NCBI RefSeq assembly: GCF_006345805.1
Contig: NC_043001.1
Coordinates: 12,834,001-12,898,000 of the forward strand
Length of the DNA stretch: 64,000 nt
Reading direction: 5' to 3'
From: Octopus sinensis
Taxonomy: Eukaryota
Shown here: in pieces, positions 41,207 through 54,389 of the stretch
How positions within the stretch are numbered: the stretch's first letter is position 1
Layout of the letters: each line of letters begins with the position of its first letter
Translations under genes and position numbers: made by a program
Notes under the pieces: model-generated
The model's database searches: none
Told to the model about the DNA's origin: nothing
What the model saw: only the letters and a program-made list of their open reading frames with translations

Positions 41207-41505
41207 GTGGAGGCACATGGTCTAGTGGTTAGAGCAGCGGACTCGCGGTCCAGGGATCGCGGGTTCGAATCTCAGACCGGGCGATGTGTGTGTTTATGAG
41301 CGAAACGCCTAAGCTTCCCGTGGCTCTGGCAGAAGGTAATGGCGAACATCTGCTGACTCTTTCGCCACAACTTTCTCTCACTCTTTCCTCATGCATCTTG
41401 CAGCTCACCTGCGATGGACCGGCGTCCTATCCAGGTGGGGAACCTATACACTAAGAAACCGGAAAACTGGCCCTGATGAGCCAGGCATGGCACGAGAAGG
41501 AACAA
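41207..41505 (+). mobile_element. SINE family C, tail type 2, with 12-bp TSD
   Basis: TSD ACTACAGATTCA at 41195-41206 and 41506-41517; family C head and body; distinct tail ...GAGCCAGGCATGGCACGAGAAGGAACA. Confidence 0.9.
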
Positions 41506-42037
41506 ACTACAGATTCACTTCGTTACTAGTAAACATATAAAATGCAGCCTTCCCATACGTTTTGTTTGTGATTCCTTACCCATCGAAATATACTATTATA
41601 TAAATGTATCTTTTACATATAGTGAAACTTATTTTCCTATTCTTCCTCAGTAATATCACAGCATACTGAGTGGAATACTTTAGGCGACAGTATACATTTC
41701 AAAGAATAAAAGAAATAACTTTAAAATTTACATTTCTACTTATCTCGGGGAAAATTGCATAATGTTAAACGGCCACATTAGATTCTCTCCGGCATCCATG
41801 AACAAATAAAAGAAACAGTTATTTTTCTTAGCTGCTAACTCATGTTATTTCTCTTACAAGAGAAAGAGATCATAATTCAAAATCTATCACATACCGTTTA
41901 ATACAATTTCATGCTAACTTCTGCAGCTTAATTCACTGAAAATATCGCAGACAACTATTACATGAAGAACAAGGATTGCATTGAGATTTATTAAATACAA
42001 AGATAAGGAACAAACCAAAATTAATGATGCAGATACA

Positions 42038-42436
42038 TCTTTATATATAAAAGTCAAGTTGTGTGTCTGTCTCCTACGATTTTGATTCCTAACTACTCCC
42101 GCATTTTGCGGTGCAGTTTAACCAAAACCGGTTATGTTATAGTCGTGATTCATATCGAGCCCTTCTGCGTATTAGCGCGCGTAGTCTACGGTGAGTCTAC
42201 GATTTAAAAACACATTTAAAAACACATTTTCCATTTTAATGCATTTTTCGCTATCATATAAGGGAAGTAACTCTCTAAAAATGTCTACGTTGAGTCAACG
42301 ATTTTTAAAATAAATTACCATAATTTTTTTTTCCATTTTTAATGCATTTTTTGCTATTTTTTGGCTATAACTCTCTAAAAATGCTTATATAGTTATTTCC
42401 CTTACAAACTCGAGCAACGCCGGGCGATACTGCTAG
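42038..42436 (+). mobile_element. Non-autonomous Helitron-like element
   Basis: 5' A|TCTTTATATATAAAAG and 3' CTCGAGCAACGCCGGGCGATACTGCTAG|T; internal imperfect tandem duplication. Confidence 0.82.
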
Positions 42437-42787
42437 TATTAGATAATATTCTTTAGATGGATCATAGATTCCAGTTGTAACATATAAAACTAGTTAAAAC
42501 AGCTTGTGTATTAAACGCCATCAAAATAAAACTCCATAACTTGAGAGATTCTTTATTAAGAAATCCGGTGAAGGTAAACTATATATTTAAAACAAATATA
42601 CCTAAACCTTTGTTGCGGTCCCGTGAGATCTTTTTATTTCACTTAAGTCTGATATCAAATATGGCGAAAGAGAAAAATATTCTTTCGATAATTGGTACAG
42701 TAGCGAGAAAGGTACTCAATTTGGAAAATTACAGTGCTTCCTGAAAAGTGAGAACTTTGTTGACTTATAACAACGGGGAATAAATCA

Positions 42788-43013
42788 CTCTTTTACTCTT
42801 TTACTTGTTTCAGTCCTTTGACTGCGGCCATGCTGGAGCACCGCCTTTAGTCGAGCAAATCTACCCCAGGACTTATTCTTTGTAAGCCCAGTACTTATTC
42901 TATCGGTCTCTTATCCAGAACCGCTAAGTGACGGGGACGTAAACACACCATCATCGGTCGTCAAGCAATGCTAGGGGACAAACACAGACACACACACACA
43001 CACACATATATAC

Positions 43014-43062
<49 letters not shown>

Positions 43063-43223
43063 GACAGGCTTCTTTCAGTTTCCGTCTACCAATCCACTCA
43101 CAAGGCATTGGTCGGCCAGGGGCTATAGCAGAAGACACTTGCCCAAGATACCACGCAGTGGAACTGAACCCGCAACCATATGGTTGGTTAGCAAGCTACT
43201 TACCACACAGCCACTCCTGCGCC
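42788..43223 (-). mobile_element. SINE family A, full length
   Basis: Reverse complement of a complete copy. Confidence 0.93.
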
Positions 43224-43661
43224 TATATATAATATAATACACTCAATTCAATACTTGAATTCTTTATCTATTTGGGAATGCTATTAGAGATTTCAATATA
43301 TAGGCAGTCATTTCTGTTTAATTGAATTTAAATGCTTAAAACTAGTAATGATACGACAATGATGAATGACAGTTTATACTGAATAATTTGAAGGGTTAGA
43401 AGGAATGAATTCCTGAAGCTTCTACTGATAATCATTATAGAGTTGATTGATATCACAATGCTTTGAGATGACTATAAAGACACCTCGAATGTTAAATATA
43501 ACAATTATTATTGGTTGTTGCCAAACGTATTTTCCTTTCATTAGTTAGTTTCAAAAGTTAGTCGATAATAGTCTTCACATACAAGCATTTATACAACACA
43601 AATACAAATATACACACAGGTATGAACGCATAGAAACAGTCGCACACATACATTCATATAT

Positions 43662-43944
43662 ATCACGTGATCACGTGATCGACCAGTCCATCAGATGTAG
43701 TTACACATCGCTGGTCACAATGCGTTCGCATCGTTTTAGCCTTAGAATGACGCCTCCCCGCTGGCTAAGCGAGCAGGCCAACAGAAGAAAGAGTGGCTGA
43801 AAGAGTGGTGAAAGAGTACAGCAGGGATCACCACCCCGTGTTTTCGCTCAATAAACACTTACAACGCCTGGTCTGGGAATCGAAACCGCGATCCTACGAC
43901 CGCGAGTCCGCTGCCCTAACCACTGGGCCATTGCGCCTCCACAT
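43662..43944 (-). mobile_element. SINE family C, tail type 3
   Basis: Family C head; tail ...CATCTGATGGACTGGTCGATCACGTGATCACGTGAT. Confidence 0.88.
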
Positions 43945-43991
<47 letters not shown>

Positions 43992-44034
43992 TATATATAT
44001 ATAATATAATATATATATTATATATATATATATA

Positions 44035-44107
<73 letters not shown>

Positions 44108-44277
44108 GTGGAGGCGCAATATATATATGTATATATATATATATATGGATTTACATTTATATGCATCTATATTTGAGTGCGTATAAATGTATGAACAATA
44201 TATATATATATATATTATATTATATGTCTGTACATACATATAACATGTATATATATTTTATATTATACATGTTATTG

Positions 44278-44350
<73 letters not shown>

Positions 44351-44379
44351 CACCACCGAACTCAAAACGTGGGTATTCT

Positions 44380-44530
44380 TTTCATTCTGTCTCTATTTAT
44401 TTCCGCTTATTCCTTTCTATCAAAAAGCGTAGCTCGTACCGTAAAACACTTTTATATTTTTCCAGAGCGTCAAATTAATACGCTTGCTTTTTGTTCCTAC
44501 ACCTGCCTTCGCTTTAAAGTTTCTTTATAT
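44380..44530 (+). repeat. Degenerate copy of the PLE-like short repeat (60410 family)
   Basis: AAGCGTAGCTCGTACCGTAAAA..GAGCGTCAAATTAATACGC..CACCTGCCTTCG. Confidence 0.55.
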
Positions 44531-44906
44531 TTGCAGTATATTATAATATAATATATATATATATATATGAATGTGGCGGCACCGACAAAGTGAAAAGCAA
44601 TAAACTTTGAAGTAAATATTTAAGAATTTCCCTGAGAATCGCAAAATAGAGAACCCTAATTGCCGAATTTTCTGAGCAATATGGATCCTGCTAATCGGCC
44701 AGCTGGTATATACATTGAACAAATAATTTAGTATTTCAGAAAGCAATCTTCGTATGAAACTACTTATATATAAAATAATGTTCCGTGCAGAATCGTATGT
44801 ATGTATACATACATGTATGTATGTATGTATGTATGCATGTATGTATGTATGTATGTATTTGGTATTGTATATATGTATGTATGCATGTATGTATACATAC
44901 ATGCAT

Positions 44907-44971
<65 letters not shown>

Positions 44972-45374
44972 TGTATGATGTATGTATGTATGTATTCACC
45001 AAGCTAGAATATATATCTATTTAATCTATCTATCCATCTCTCTGTTTCTTTATGTATGTATATATATATATATATACAGAGAGAGAAGAGGAGAGAGAGA
45101 GAGAAAGAGAGCGAGATCGTGACGAATTGCTATGCGTTTCCTTCACCGGAGATTGTCAAATGAAATTAGGATATATGTGATAAGTTGAGGAGATTGGAAT
45201 TGTTCACGCACAAATCATTAAAACTAAAAAACAAATGCTCTTTGAATGAGATTACTTCTAGAAATTTTTATTTTACTGTTGCTACCGTATAGATTATTAA
45301 CGGTGCAACATATATGGATATGCACATAAAATTTTATATATATATATTCATCAAAATGTGACCTAGTGTGTACC

Positions 45375-45550
45375 GTTGGCGATCTTTTTTCCTCTGTCTT
45401 CCCTGGATCTTTCCTTCTCCTGTTTCCGACGAAGAGCTCCGCTCGAATCGTTACACCCTCCTCCTTTCTTTCTTTCCTGAGCGTCCAATAACACTATATT
45501 TGTTCCACGTCCTCGCATTGTTGTTTTTGTGCTTTTTGTTTTGGATAACT
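45375..45550 (+). repeat. PLE-like short repeat with degenerate hammerhead-like motif
   Basis: CCGACGA-A-GAGC tcc GCTC-GAAT at 45426-45448; followed by (TA)n. Confidence 0.5.
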
Positions 45551-45555
45551 TTATA

Positions 45556-45600
<45 letters not shown>

Positions 45601-45606
<6 letters not shown>

Positions 45607-45690
45607 TTAAATTCAACGTTTGAATGTGGAATATGATATGTTGGTCTTTAGTACTTGAAATGGATAAATAAAAAACTATCTTGTATTTAT
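45601..45690 (+). repeat. 90-bp near-identical duplicate of 47303-47395
   Basis: No substitutions, three 1-nt indels; both copies closely follow (TA)n tracts. Confidence 0.88.
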
Positions 45691-45695
45691 ACTCA

Positions 45696-45727
<32 letters not shown>

Positions 45728-46077
45728 GTACATATACTCATATATACACACAGTCATCGTTTATGAATGAGAGAAACTGATATAATAGACAATGCAACCT
45801 TTTATTATATGTCATACATTTGAACGTGTGCCAAACTTTGAAATATTACAAGCAATATATTGGTTTTTTAACTTTTGGCGTAAGGTCATCAATTTTGCGT
45901 GAGAAAAAGTTCTAGACTGGTACTTATTTTACCGAACCTGAAAGGAGAAAAAGCAATGTTTGCATTGACAGTGTTTCATCTCAGAATGTAATGGCGGAAG
46001 AAATGACGCGAAGAGCACTTTGCCAGCGGGCTGATGAAAGCTGCCAGCTCCGCGCAACGATGAAACCCAATATATAT

Positions 46078-46142
<65 letters not shown>

Positions 46143-46143
46143 C

Positions 46144-46377
46144 GTAAAGTATAATAGCCATCTCAATATGTCGAACGACAAAGGGTGGTGTTACTCTAGC
46201 TTTTAGCCCCAGGAGATCAACGTCTCCAGCTGGCTTTAGGCACAGAGACGATGATCTCCTGGGGCTAAAAGCACAGAACACCCACCCTATGTCGTTCGAC
46301 ATATTGAGATGGCTATTATACTTTACATTGTCGAGCGGTACTGTTTACATCTCTTTCAGAGATTTATTATTGCTATA
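46144..46377. repeat. Asymmetric fold-back element P6 (family shared with P4, opposite orientation)
   Basis: Arms 46144-46226 and 46245-46326 with an 18-nt spacer; extension 46327-46377 is the reverse complement of the P4 extension. Confidence 0.88.
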
Positions 46378-46458
46378 CATATATATATATATATATAGTA
46401 TATATAAATAGATGAGTGTATTTTTACCTTGTTAACAACTAACGCGAAAAAAACATTC

Positions 46459-46514
<56 letters not shown>

Positions 46515-47570
46515 TATATATATATAGCAAGTGCCCTCTACTATAACTTCAGAGTGACCAAGGTTTCGTGAGTGGAGTTCATTGACTAAATATGTTTGTG
46601 TGCGCGCGCATCTGTATGTATATGTTAGCCGTTTGGCAAAAATGTGAAATTTGATGCAGTATTTCTAAATTGAATTTTTCCCTGTATGTTTGGAATAATA
46701 TTCCCTCATATTAATTATATATTTATATATATATATATACACACACACACGCACACACACACACACACACACACATATACATACATACATACATACATAC
46801 ATACACACATACACACACACATAGTTCTGTGCTTTATACGCAGGTGTATATGTTTGGATTGCGTGCGATATATATGTTAGGATGCTAAATAGTTGATAAA
46901 TTTGGATTAAAGACTCGATAACGATTTAAGCCGTTCTCCTTTCTTCTTCTGAAACTCATAGTATTTCATATTATATACGGCAGGTGGTGGCAGACACTGT
47001 TTAACTGATGACAATTATATCTTCTTGCATGCAACCTTTCGTGACGTAGGATGCTTTACAAATTGATTGTATTTAGGGCAAACCTATCAGTTAGACATAA
47101 TGCATTTTTTACAAATATTTATATACTGTAATATTGTAACGAGATGTATGCAGTACGCTGTCATTTGTATAGTAATAATATTACTGGAAATCACACACAA
47201 GTGCCTAACTGATGCATATTATATATATATATATATATTATATATATATATAATATATATATATATATATACATATTATATATATATATATCTTCGTTCA
47301 ATACAATGTTAAATTCAACGTTTGAAGTGTGGAATATGATATGTTGGTCTTTAGTACTTGAAATGGATAAATATAAAAACTAATCTTGTATTTATCCCTA
47401 CATTGTTAGGATATAAATAAGGAAATTCGTGTGATTAATGGGATCGATCAAATTAACATTTACAGTGTATCATGTAAAAGAATTTGCATGGATGCATTAT
47501 CGTTCGTAAGACATCTGAATTTGAACAACAGAATACCATTAACTCTTCTTATAAATAATCTTTTCTACTC

Positions 47571-47800
47571 GAGGCACAAGGCCTGAAATTTTTTCGCGGG
47601 GCACAGACGATTAGATGGAACCCACTACACAACTGGTATTTAATGTATCAACCCCGAAAGGATAACAGGCAAAGTCGACCTCGGCGGAATTTGAACTCAG
47701 AACGTAACGATAGACAAAATACCTATTTCTTTATTACCCACAAGGGGCCAAACGTAGAGGAGACAAACAAGGACAGACATAGGTATTAAGTCGATTAAGG
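47571..47800 (-). mobile_element. SINE family B dimer, truncated
   Basis: Tail-1 unit and part of a tail-2 unit joined at AAATACC|TATTTC (plus strand). Confidence 0.8.
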
Positions 47801-48002
47801 TATTAAGCCGAAATTAATATTTCTTATTTTGCCTTTACTTTTCAGAAAAAAAAATTGCAGAAAATTTCATAACTGTTTAACATTATTAATTCATGTTTCT
47901 TTTAAAGATTTGTGTTAATTGTAAGTGACAGTTCTTGCAAACGTTGCTAATAAGTCTTGAAGAATTTTACTTTAATTTTTATAATCCTGCGGTTTAAAAA
48001 CG

Positions 48003-48118
<116 letters not shown>

Positions 48119-48148
48119 ATATAGTGTGTATATTATATATATGAGTCT

Positions 48149-48247
48149 GTGTGGAGGTGCAATGGTCCAGTGGTTAGGGCAGCAGACTCGTGGTCGTAGG
48201 ATCGCGGTTTCGATTCCCAGATCGAGCATGGTGAGTGCTTATTGAGC
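48149..48247 (+). mobile_element. SINE family C head fragment
   Basis: GTGGAGGTGCAATGGTCCAGTGGTTAGGGCAGCAGACTC..GGTTTCGATTCCC. Confidence 0.82.
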
Positions 48248-49333
48248 TGTGGTAGCTCTAGCGTATTTTGCATCTTTGACTACTTTGGAAACGTCTTCAT
48301 CGAAGGCGAACAGAAGTAGTATTAGATAATGGTCATTTTTATTTTATTGACACTTGATCATATGTCTGAAACATCATAAAATTTATAGAATTTTTTTTAA
48401 AAAGCGATAAAGAAAGTGAAACCAGTAAGACGTTTTGACGAGAATAATTTCCGTGTTAATTCGTGTAACTTTAGGAAGAATCGAAAGGAATTATCTGACA
48501 ACTCTATTTGTAGTTGGCTAAATGACACCAGAGAAGTAATTGCGACCAACAGAAGCAACATCTTGAATAATCTAACATCACATCTAGGATCTAATATGGT
48601 ATAGATATCTTTGGCCGGTGTCAAAGTCAACAAATGTCACTCTTTTCATGATTATTATCGGTTGCGAATAGCGGAAACTGTCCAAAAATTCCAGCATGGA
48701 AAAAAATGACATGAAAGTTGGCCATAATCTTGACGATCATAGCAGCTCCGATGTCAACAATAATGATGATTATGATGAAGATGCTGATGATGTTGATGAT
48801 GACGATGCCAAAGATATTACATGATGAGAAATGAAAACGTAAATACTTCAAGTATTTGTTTCATAGTAGAAATACTGATGATCCATCAGATCAGATGTCT
48901 GCATTCACTTTCGTCAAACAGTAAATGATGGGGTTGTATTTAGCCGTTGGCAACGATTTTTAATTGACCGCCATGGTAGGATATATCTTAGTTGCTTCTG
49001 CAAATGCGTTTTTGCTAGTGGCATTATGTGGCTATGCTTTTATTTATCTAGGTTTCGGCTCATTTTTTTTTTATATATTTAGTCTGCACCAAATATATCA
49101 ATGTTTCAATATGTGAAACCTATTCAAGAAAGCAAAACCTATTCAACAAAGCAAAATATTAATAACAACATATCTCAGTTTCGACCAAGATTTCTCTCTC
49201 AGACGCATATGCGTACATTTTAGTCGAAAATTAAAATAAGATAACTAAAACACACACATACACAAACACATACCGCACATACACTCAAATACACATACGC
49301 ACACATATATACATAGTTACATATAAATACATA

Positions 49334-50557
49334 CAGGGGTTGGGCAAAATAACGAAACACCTTAAAATTTCGAACAAATTTATTTTTAAATGGAGTAGAA
49401 CCGCGTTTGGTAGTAATTACAGCTTGAATTCTACGAGGTATGGACTCGTACAAAGATTGAATTGTTTCCAAAGGAATTTTTGTCCATTCTTTATCTAAAA
49501 CAAGTCCCCAGTTCCTGTTGTGATGATGGTGGCGGATATAGACTCCCTATTTGTTTTTCCAAAATGCACTATAAATGTTCAATGATATCGATATCTGAGG
49601 ACTGTAGTGGCCAGGTAAAATGTTCAACTTCACCAGAATGTTCCTAGTTCCATTCAGTAACAACTTTAGCAGTGTGAATTGGTGCATTATCATCCTGAAA
49701 GATTGCGTTTCACTCCGGAAACAGTTTTGCAAACATAGGATGAATTTGATCAGATAAAGTACTTAAATAGTCTTGACTATTAATTCTGCCATGAAGGTAA
49801 ACGGGCCGGCGGATTTCCAAGATATAGGCGCCCCACCCGATCATCACAAATCCTCCTCTGGGTCAAATACTTCTTTCGGCTGTCTCCACGCGTATACTCG
49901 ACCGGTGGTTGGAAATAAGGTAATGGTTGACTTGTCTGAGAAACAATATTCTTCCACTGCTCTAGGGACCAACTCCGTAGGCTTTTACTCTAAACGCTTT
50001 GCAACGTTTGTTTTTGAAAGTAGTGGCTTTCTGGTTGTAGCTCTCCCGTAAAATCCGGCTTTGTGCAGCTCCCGCCGAAAGGCTTTTGTGGAAACTGGGT
50101 ATCGAGGGTGGTCTTTAAGCTCTGCAGTAATTTTTGGAGTTGTGCTTTTGTGATCTCTAACAAGTCATGTAAGAGTCCGACGGTCCCTATCTGAAAGTTT
50201 CGGTTTTCTTCCAGAGTTTTGTTCCGACGAGGAGTGTCTTCCCTCTTTCTCACAGGCTGCCATTACCTTTGAGACAGTACTTCTTCATAGACCAAACATT
50301 TCGTCCGTTTTCGTTACGCTGGCGCATGGTTTACTAGTAGCAACAGTTTGAACTCTTTGAAAGTCCGATAGATCGGTCATTTTAATGAATTTTAATGATA
50401 CCTGAAAAGAAACAGCAATGTTAGCAAAACATATTAAGCAATACTAATAATAAATCAAAAAACATTAAAAAATAAACAAGCTTTTGGCGGATTTATATAT
50501 ATTACAAAATTATGAGGCTATGGCGCTAGTTGTTTCCATTATTTTGTCCAACCCCTG
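49334..50557 (-). mobile_element. Full-length Tc1-like element (1224 bp), TA-flanked
   Basis: TIRs CAGGGGTTGG(G/A)CAAAATAA at both ends; TA at 49332-49333 and 50558-50559. Confidence 0.95.
49385..50380 (-). pseudogene. Tc1 transposase pseudogene (DD34E-type motifs)
   Basis: MTDLSDFQR, GRKPKLSDRDRR, RKPLLSKTN, FSDKS, FQDDNAPIH, WPLQSSDIDIIEHL, TLYESIPRRIQAVI; several stops and frameshifts. Confidence 0.92.
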
Positions 50558-50799
50558 TACTTATTCATACAATGATATGTTTCTTTATCTACCTATCTAT
50601 CTACATATTCATCCATCAATTCATCCACCCATCAATCCATCCTTCCATTTGTCTATCAATCTATCTATTTTTCGATCTATCTATCTGTGTGTCTGTCTAC
50701 ATATCTATTCATCTGCCCCAGGCCAAATAGATTGCACTATCATTAAATTTCAACCAGCCACAACATTTATGATATCTATGTCCGAATATTCTTTGAAAA

Positions 50800-51721
50800 A
50801 TCATGGAGTATCAAATTACCGTTAAATTCCCAAGGCTCAGTATTATCTGTAGGTATTCTGCTATATTTCAGTTAGACTTTATATCCATCTTCTTTCATTA
50901 ATGTCACTACATATTTCTGGTTTATCCGTGAACCGACCAACAAAATTATCACCAAACTTCGAAATGACGGCTAACCGTTGCGTCCTCTATGAATGACCGT
51001 CCTCAGGCTGGTGTCGAGTGACATTGGCGTGTTTAAATCACAAGTTGTAATACAACACTTCGCAAATGTCTCCTTCGAGTAAAATCACCAATAGAATAGT
51101 ATGTGACCAAGAACTGCGTTTACTCCATCCCCTGCAGCTGTGTCAAGTTTATACAAAAGATGAAACAAGCCGCTCCTCAGATTAAGGGTAGAAAAACATC
51201 GCAAAGCTGTGACCTGTAACACGAGGAGATATTGATAAATCGGTACAGCTGACCATGTATGGGAAATGGAGACCCCCACCCCTGTGGGATGAAGTTAAAA
51301 TAATAGACAGAGAACACCACTGGAAAGTACGAAAACTAAAAGCAGCGCATATGGTAGGAGACAACAACCTCCAAAGCAGACGGAGTGCAGATATGAACAG
51401 CATATTGGAACCGGTATAAAGGAAGGGTAGGAGAATATTAGATTTATAAACCCTAAAATTGACTGCATAATTGTCCACAGGCACTAAGCCCAACATACCG
51501 AGTTCGGTTCCCGGCAGTCACGTTAATAATAATATCTTCAAAAACAACCCCACTTGGAATGAGAACCCAGGTTCGAAATTTCCCCAATATACCTCATGAA
51601 GGCTGGAGGGTATATCAGCCGAAACCTTGTGTTAACAACAAACAAGACGAGGACAAATATCCGTCAATTATAAATAATATAAATAATGTGCATAATTCCT
51701 CATCTCTTAAATATAGAACTG
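50800..51721 (+). mobile_element. Penelope-like element 3' relic (GIY-YIG endonuclease plus terminal repeat)
   Basis: Frameshifted TKNCVYSIPCSC..ETSR..R.EKHRK..ADHVW..WDEVKIIDRE..RKLK at about 51106-51419; terminal repeat has hammerhead relic CTCATGA-A-GGCTG..CAGCC-GAAA at 51593-51624. Confidence 0.85.
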
Positions 51722-51810
51722 AATATATATATATATATGTATGTATGTATGATGTATGTATGTATGTATGTATGTATGTATGTATGTATGTATGTATGTA
51801 TGTATGTATG

Positions 51811-51869
<59 letters not shown>

Positions 51870-51879
51870 TATATATATC

Positions 51880-51941
<62 letters not shown>

Positions 51942-52172
51942 CGTTGTCAAACGTATTTGTCTGAAACCGGTCCTGCAGTATCCGTTTCTAGGTTTTTCAT
52001 TTATCAGATGTTCTTCCTAGGAGGTAAGACAAATTTTTTTCATGTTTGTTGCACACACACGTCTTTGCTAGTATATACGCAGTGAAGCTATACAATAGCG
52101 TCGTATTTATTACGATCGCTATTTTCCAGTAAATATCGGTACGTCGTTGTACCATTTATTTACTTTTATATG

Positions 52173-52205
<33 letters not shown>

Positions 52206-52846
52206 CACTTTTGCTGTCGGATGCATTTAGATTCTAATCATATCAGTGATCTTTTTTATCGTGTTTTTTTTTTTAAATTGTATCCGCATAGATGTTAACT
52301 TTACATTGACACTTGAGTAGCATATAAACAATTGTATATGTAATTGCAAAATTGCATGCGGTAAATATTGTTATTTTATATAGTTATTTTATATAGTTAT
52401 TTTATATAGTTATTTATAAGTATATAGGTTACACGAAAATATAACATCACGTATTTTTCTATTTTGCAAGATAATACGTTTCATTCGAACATTTCAATAA
52501 TTTCGCCGCATTTTGACATCTGGGATATTTCACATTGAAAAATCTCCAACGAACAAGTGAAAAGAATATCATATAATGCGTGTTCCAAAAATATTGATAT
52601 GTTTTCCAGCTTATGATGTACAATTACATTGTTTTATATTCGAAGATATACAATGGACTGCCACAGAAGTGACGTGTTCCATGGTTTATGTATTTTCTGC
52701 GAGTAAATTCCTGAATGGCTTCAAATATTCTTCTTATAATTTCTATTGTATTAATTCAATTCGCATGTACGCCATACACCATATGTGTCATATATGATAT
52801 ATGGATTAATACAAACACTGATTTTGCGCGTATGTATGTGTATATA

Positions 52847-52913
<67 letters not shown>

Positions 52914-52922
52914 ATATATATA

Positions 52923-53312
52923 GGCACAGGATTGTCGGTGTGGTAAGAAGCTTGCTTCCTCACCACATGGTTCGGTGTTCAGTCCCACGGCGTGGCTCCT
53001 GAGGCACGCGTTTTCTACCATTGCCTCGGGCCGACCAACGCTTTGTCATAGGATATAGTAGACGGAAACTAAAAGAAGACTGTCGTGTGTGTGTTTGTGT
53101 GTATATATATATATATGTGTGTATGTGTGTGTTTGTGTTTGTACCCCTACCACATGGCTTGACGACCGATGTTGGTGTGTTGACGTCCATGCAACTTAGC
53201 GGTTTGGCAGAAAGAGTCGATAGAATAAACACCAGGCTTACAAAGAATAAGTCCAGCGTTGGATTTCTTCGATTAAAAAACAGTGCTCCAGTATGTCAAC
53301 ATTCAATATGCT
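52923..53312 (+). mobile_element. SINE family A, diverged
   Basis: Head, internal microsatellite and degenerate tail. Confidence 0.8.
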
Positions 53313-53787
53313 TGCCTTCCCTTAACGTCTGTTGTCCTCTTTAACAATGAAATATATATATATATTTATATATATATGGATATGAGTACACATATGTATA
53401 TATATTTATATATACATACATATATATATTTATACATACATACATATTTATGCATTTATGTAAGTATGTAAGCATATGTATATAAATATATATACATAAA
53501 CACATACACGTACGTATATATATAACGACGTCTACATACAGACACCCTCATGTACATGGTGTCTCAATTCCACGATCCCAGCAGCATTGTGTGTTAGGAA
53601 ACATTTGGAATTAACTTTGCAGTATTTCTTCGAAACTATTACAATTTCTGTTCAAATTCCGTCCAGTTAAAATTTGCCTTTCATTTTCGTCTCAATAAGA
53701 GAAGCACCGGCTTATCCACTTTTTTCAACTTTTGCCAAAATCTGAAAGTATTTATATACCTCTAACATTATAAAAGAAGGCAAATAT

Positions 53788-54389
53788 TTATTTCTTTATT
53801 GCCCGCAGGGAGCTAAACATACAGGAACCAAAAAACAAGGGCAGACAAAGGTATCAAGTAGATTACACCGACCCCAGCGCGTAACTGCTCCTTATTTAAT
53901 CAACCCGGAAAGGACGACAGGCAAAGTCGACCTCGGCGGAATTTGAACTCAGAACGTAAATACAGACGAGATACCTATTTCTTTATTACCCACAAGGGGC
54001 TAAACATACAGGAGACAAACAAGGACAGACATAGGTATTAAATCGATTACATCGACCCCAGTGCGTAAATGGTACTTTATTGACCCCGAAAGTAGGAAAG
54101 GTAAAGTCGACCTTGACGGAATTTGAACTGAGAACGTAGCGGCACACGAAATACCTATTGCCTTACTACCCACAAGGGGGTAAACACAGAAAGGACAAAC
54201 AAGGACGGACAGAGAGATTAAGCCGATTATATCGACCCCTGTGCGTAACTGGTACTTATTTAATCGACCCCGAAAGGATGATAGGTAAAGTCGACCTCTA
54301 CGGGATTTGAGCTCAGAACATAACGGCAGACGAAATACCGCTAAGCATTTTACCCGGCGTGCTAACGATTCTGCAAGCTGGTCGCCCTC
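53788..54389 (-). mobile_element. SINE family B trimer
   Basis: One head followed by three units of about 185 bp, joined at the GAAATA|GGTAT(T/C)TCGT junction. Confidence 0.9.

Noticed and set aside
41207-41285. tRNA gene
   Set aside because: A/B-box head of a SINE followed by SINE body and flanked by a TSD; no proper acceptor stem. The same applies to the other SINE heads.
41473-41499. Hammerhead (CTGATGA-GCCA ggca TGGC)
   Set aside because: Followed by ACGAGAAGG rather than GAAA, with no stem III or stem I; it is the stem-loop of a SINE tail.
53788-54389. CRISPR-like array
   Set aside because: Units are about 185-bp SINE segments without unique spacers; eukaryotic context; no cas genes.
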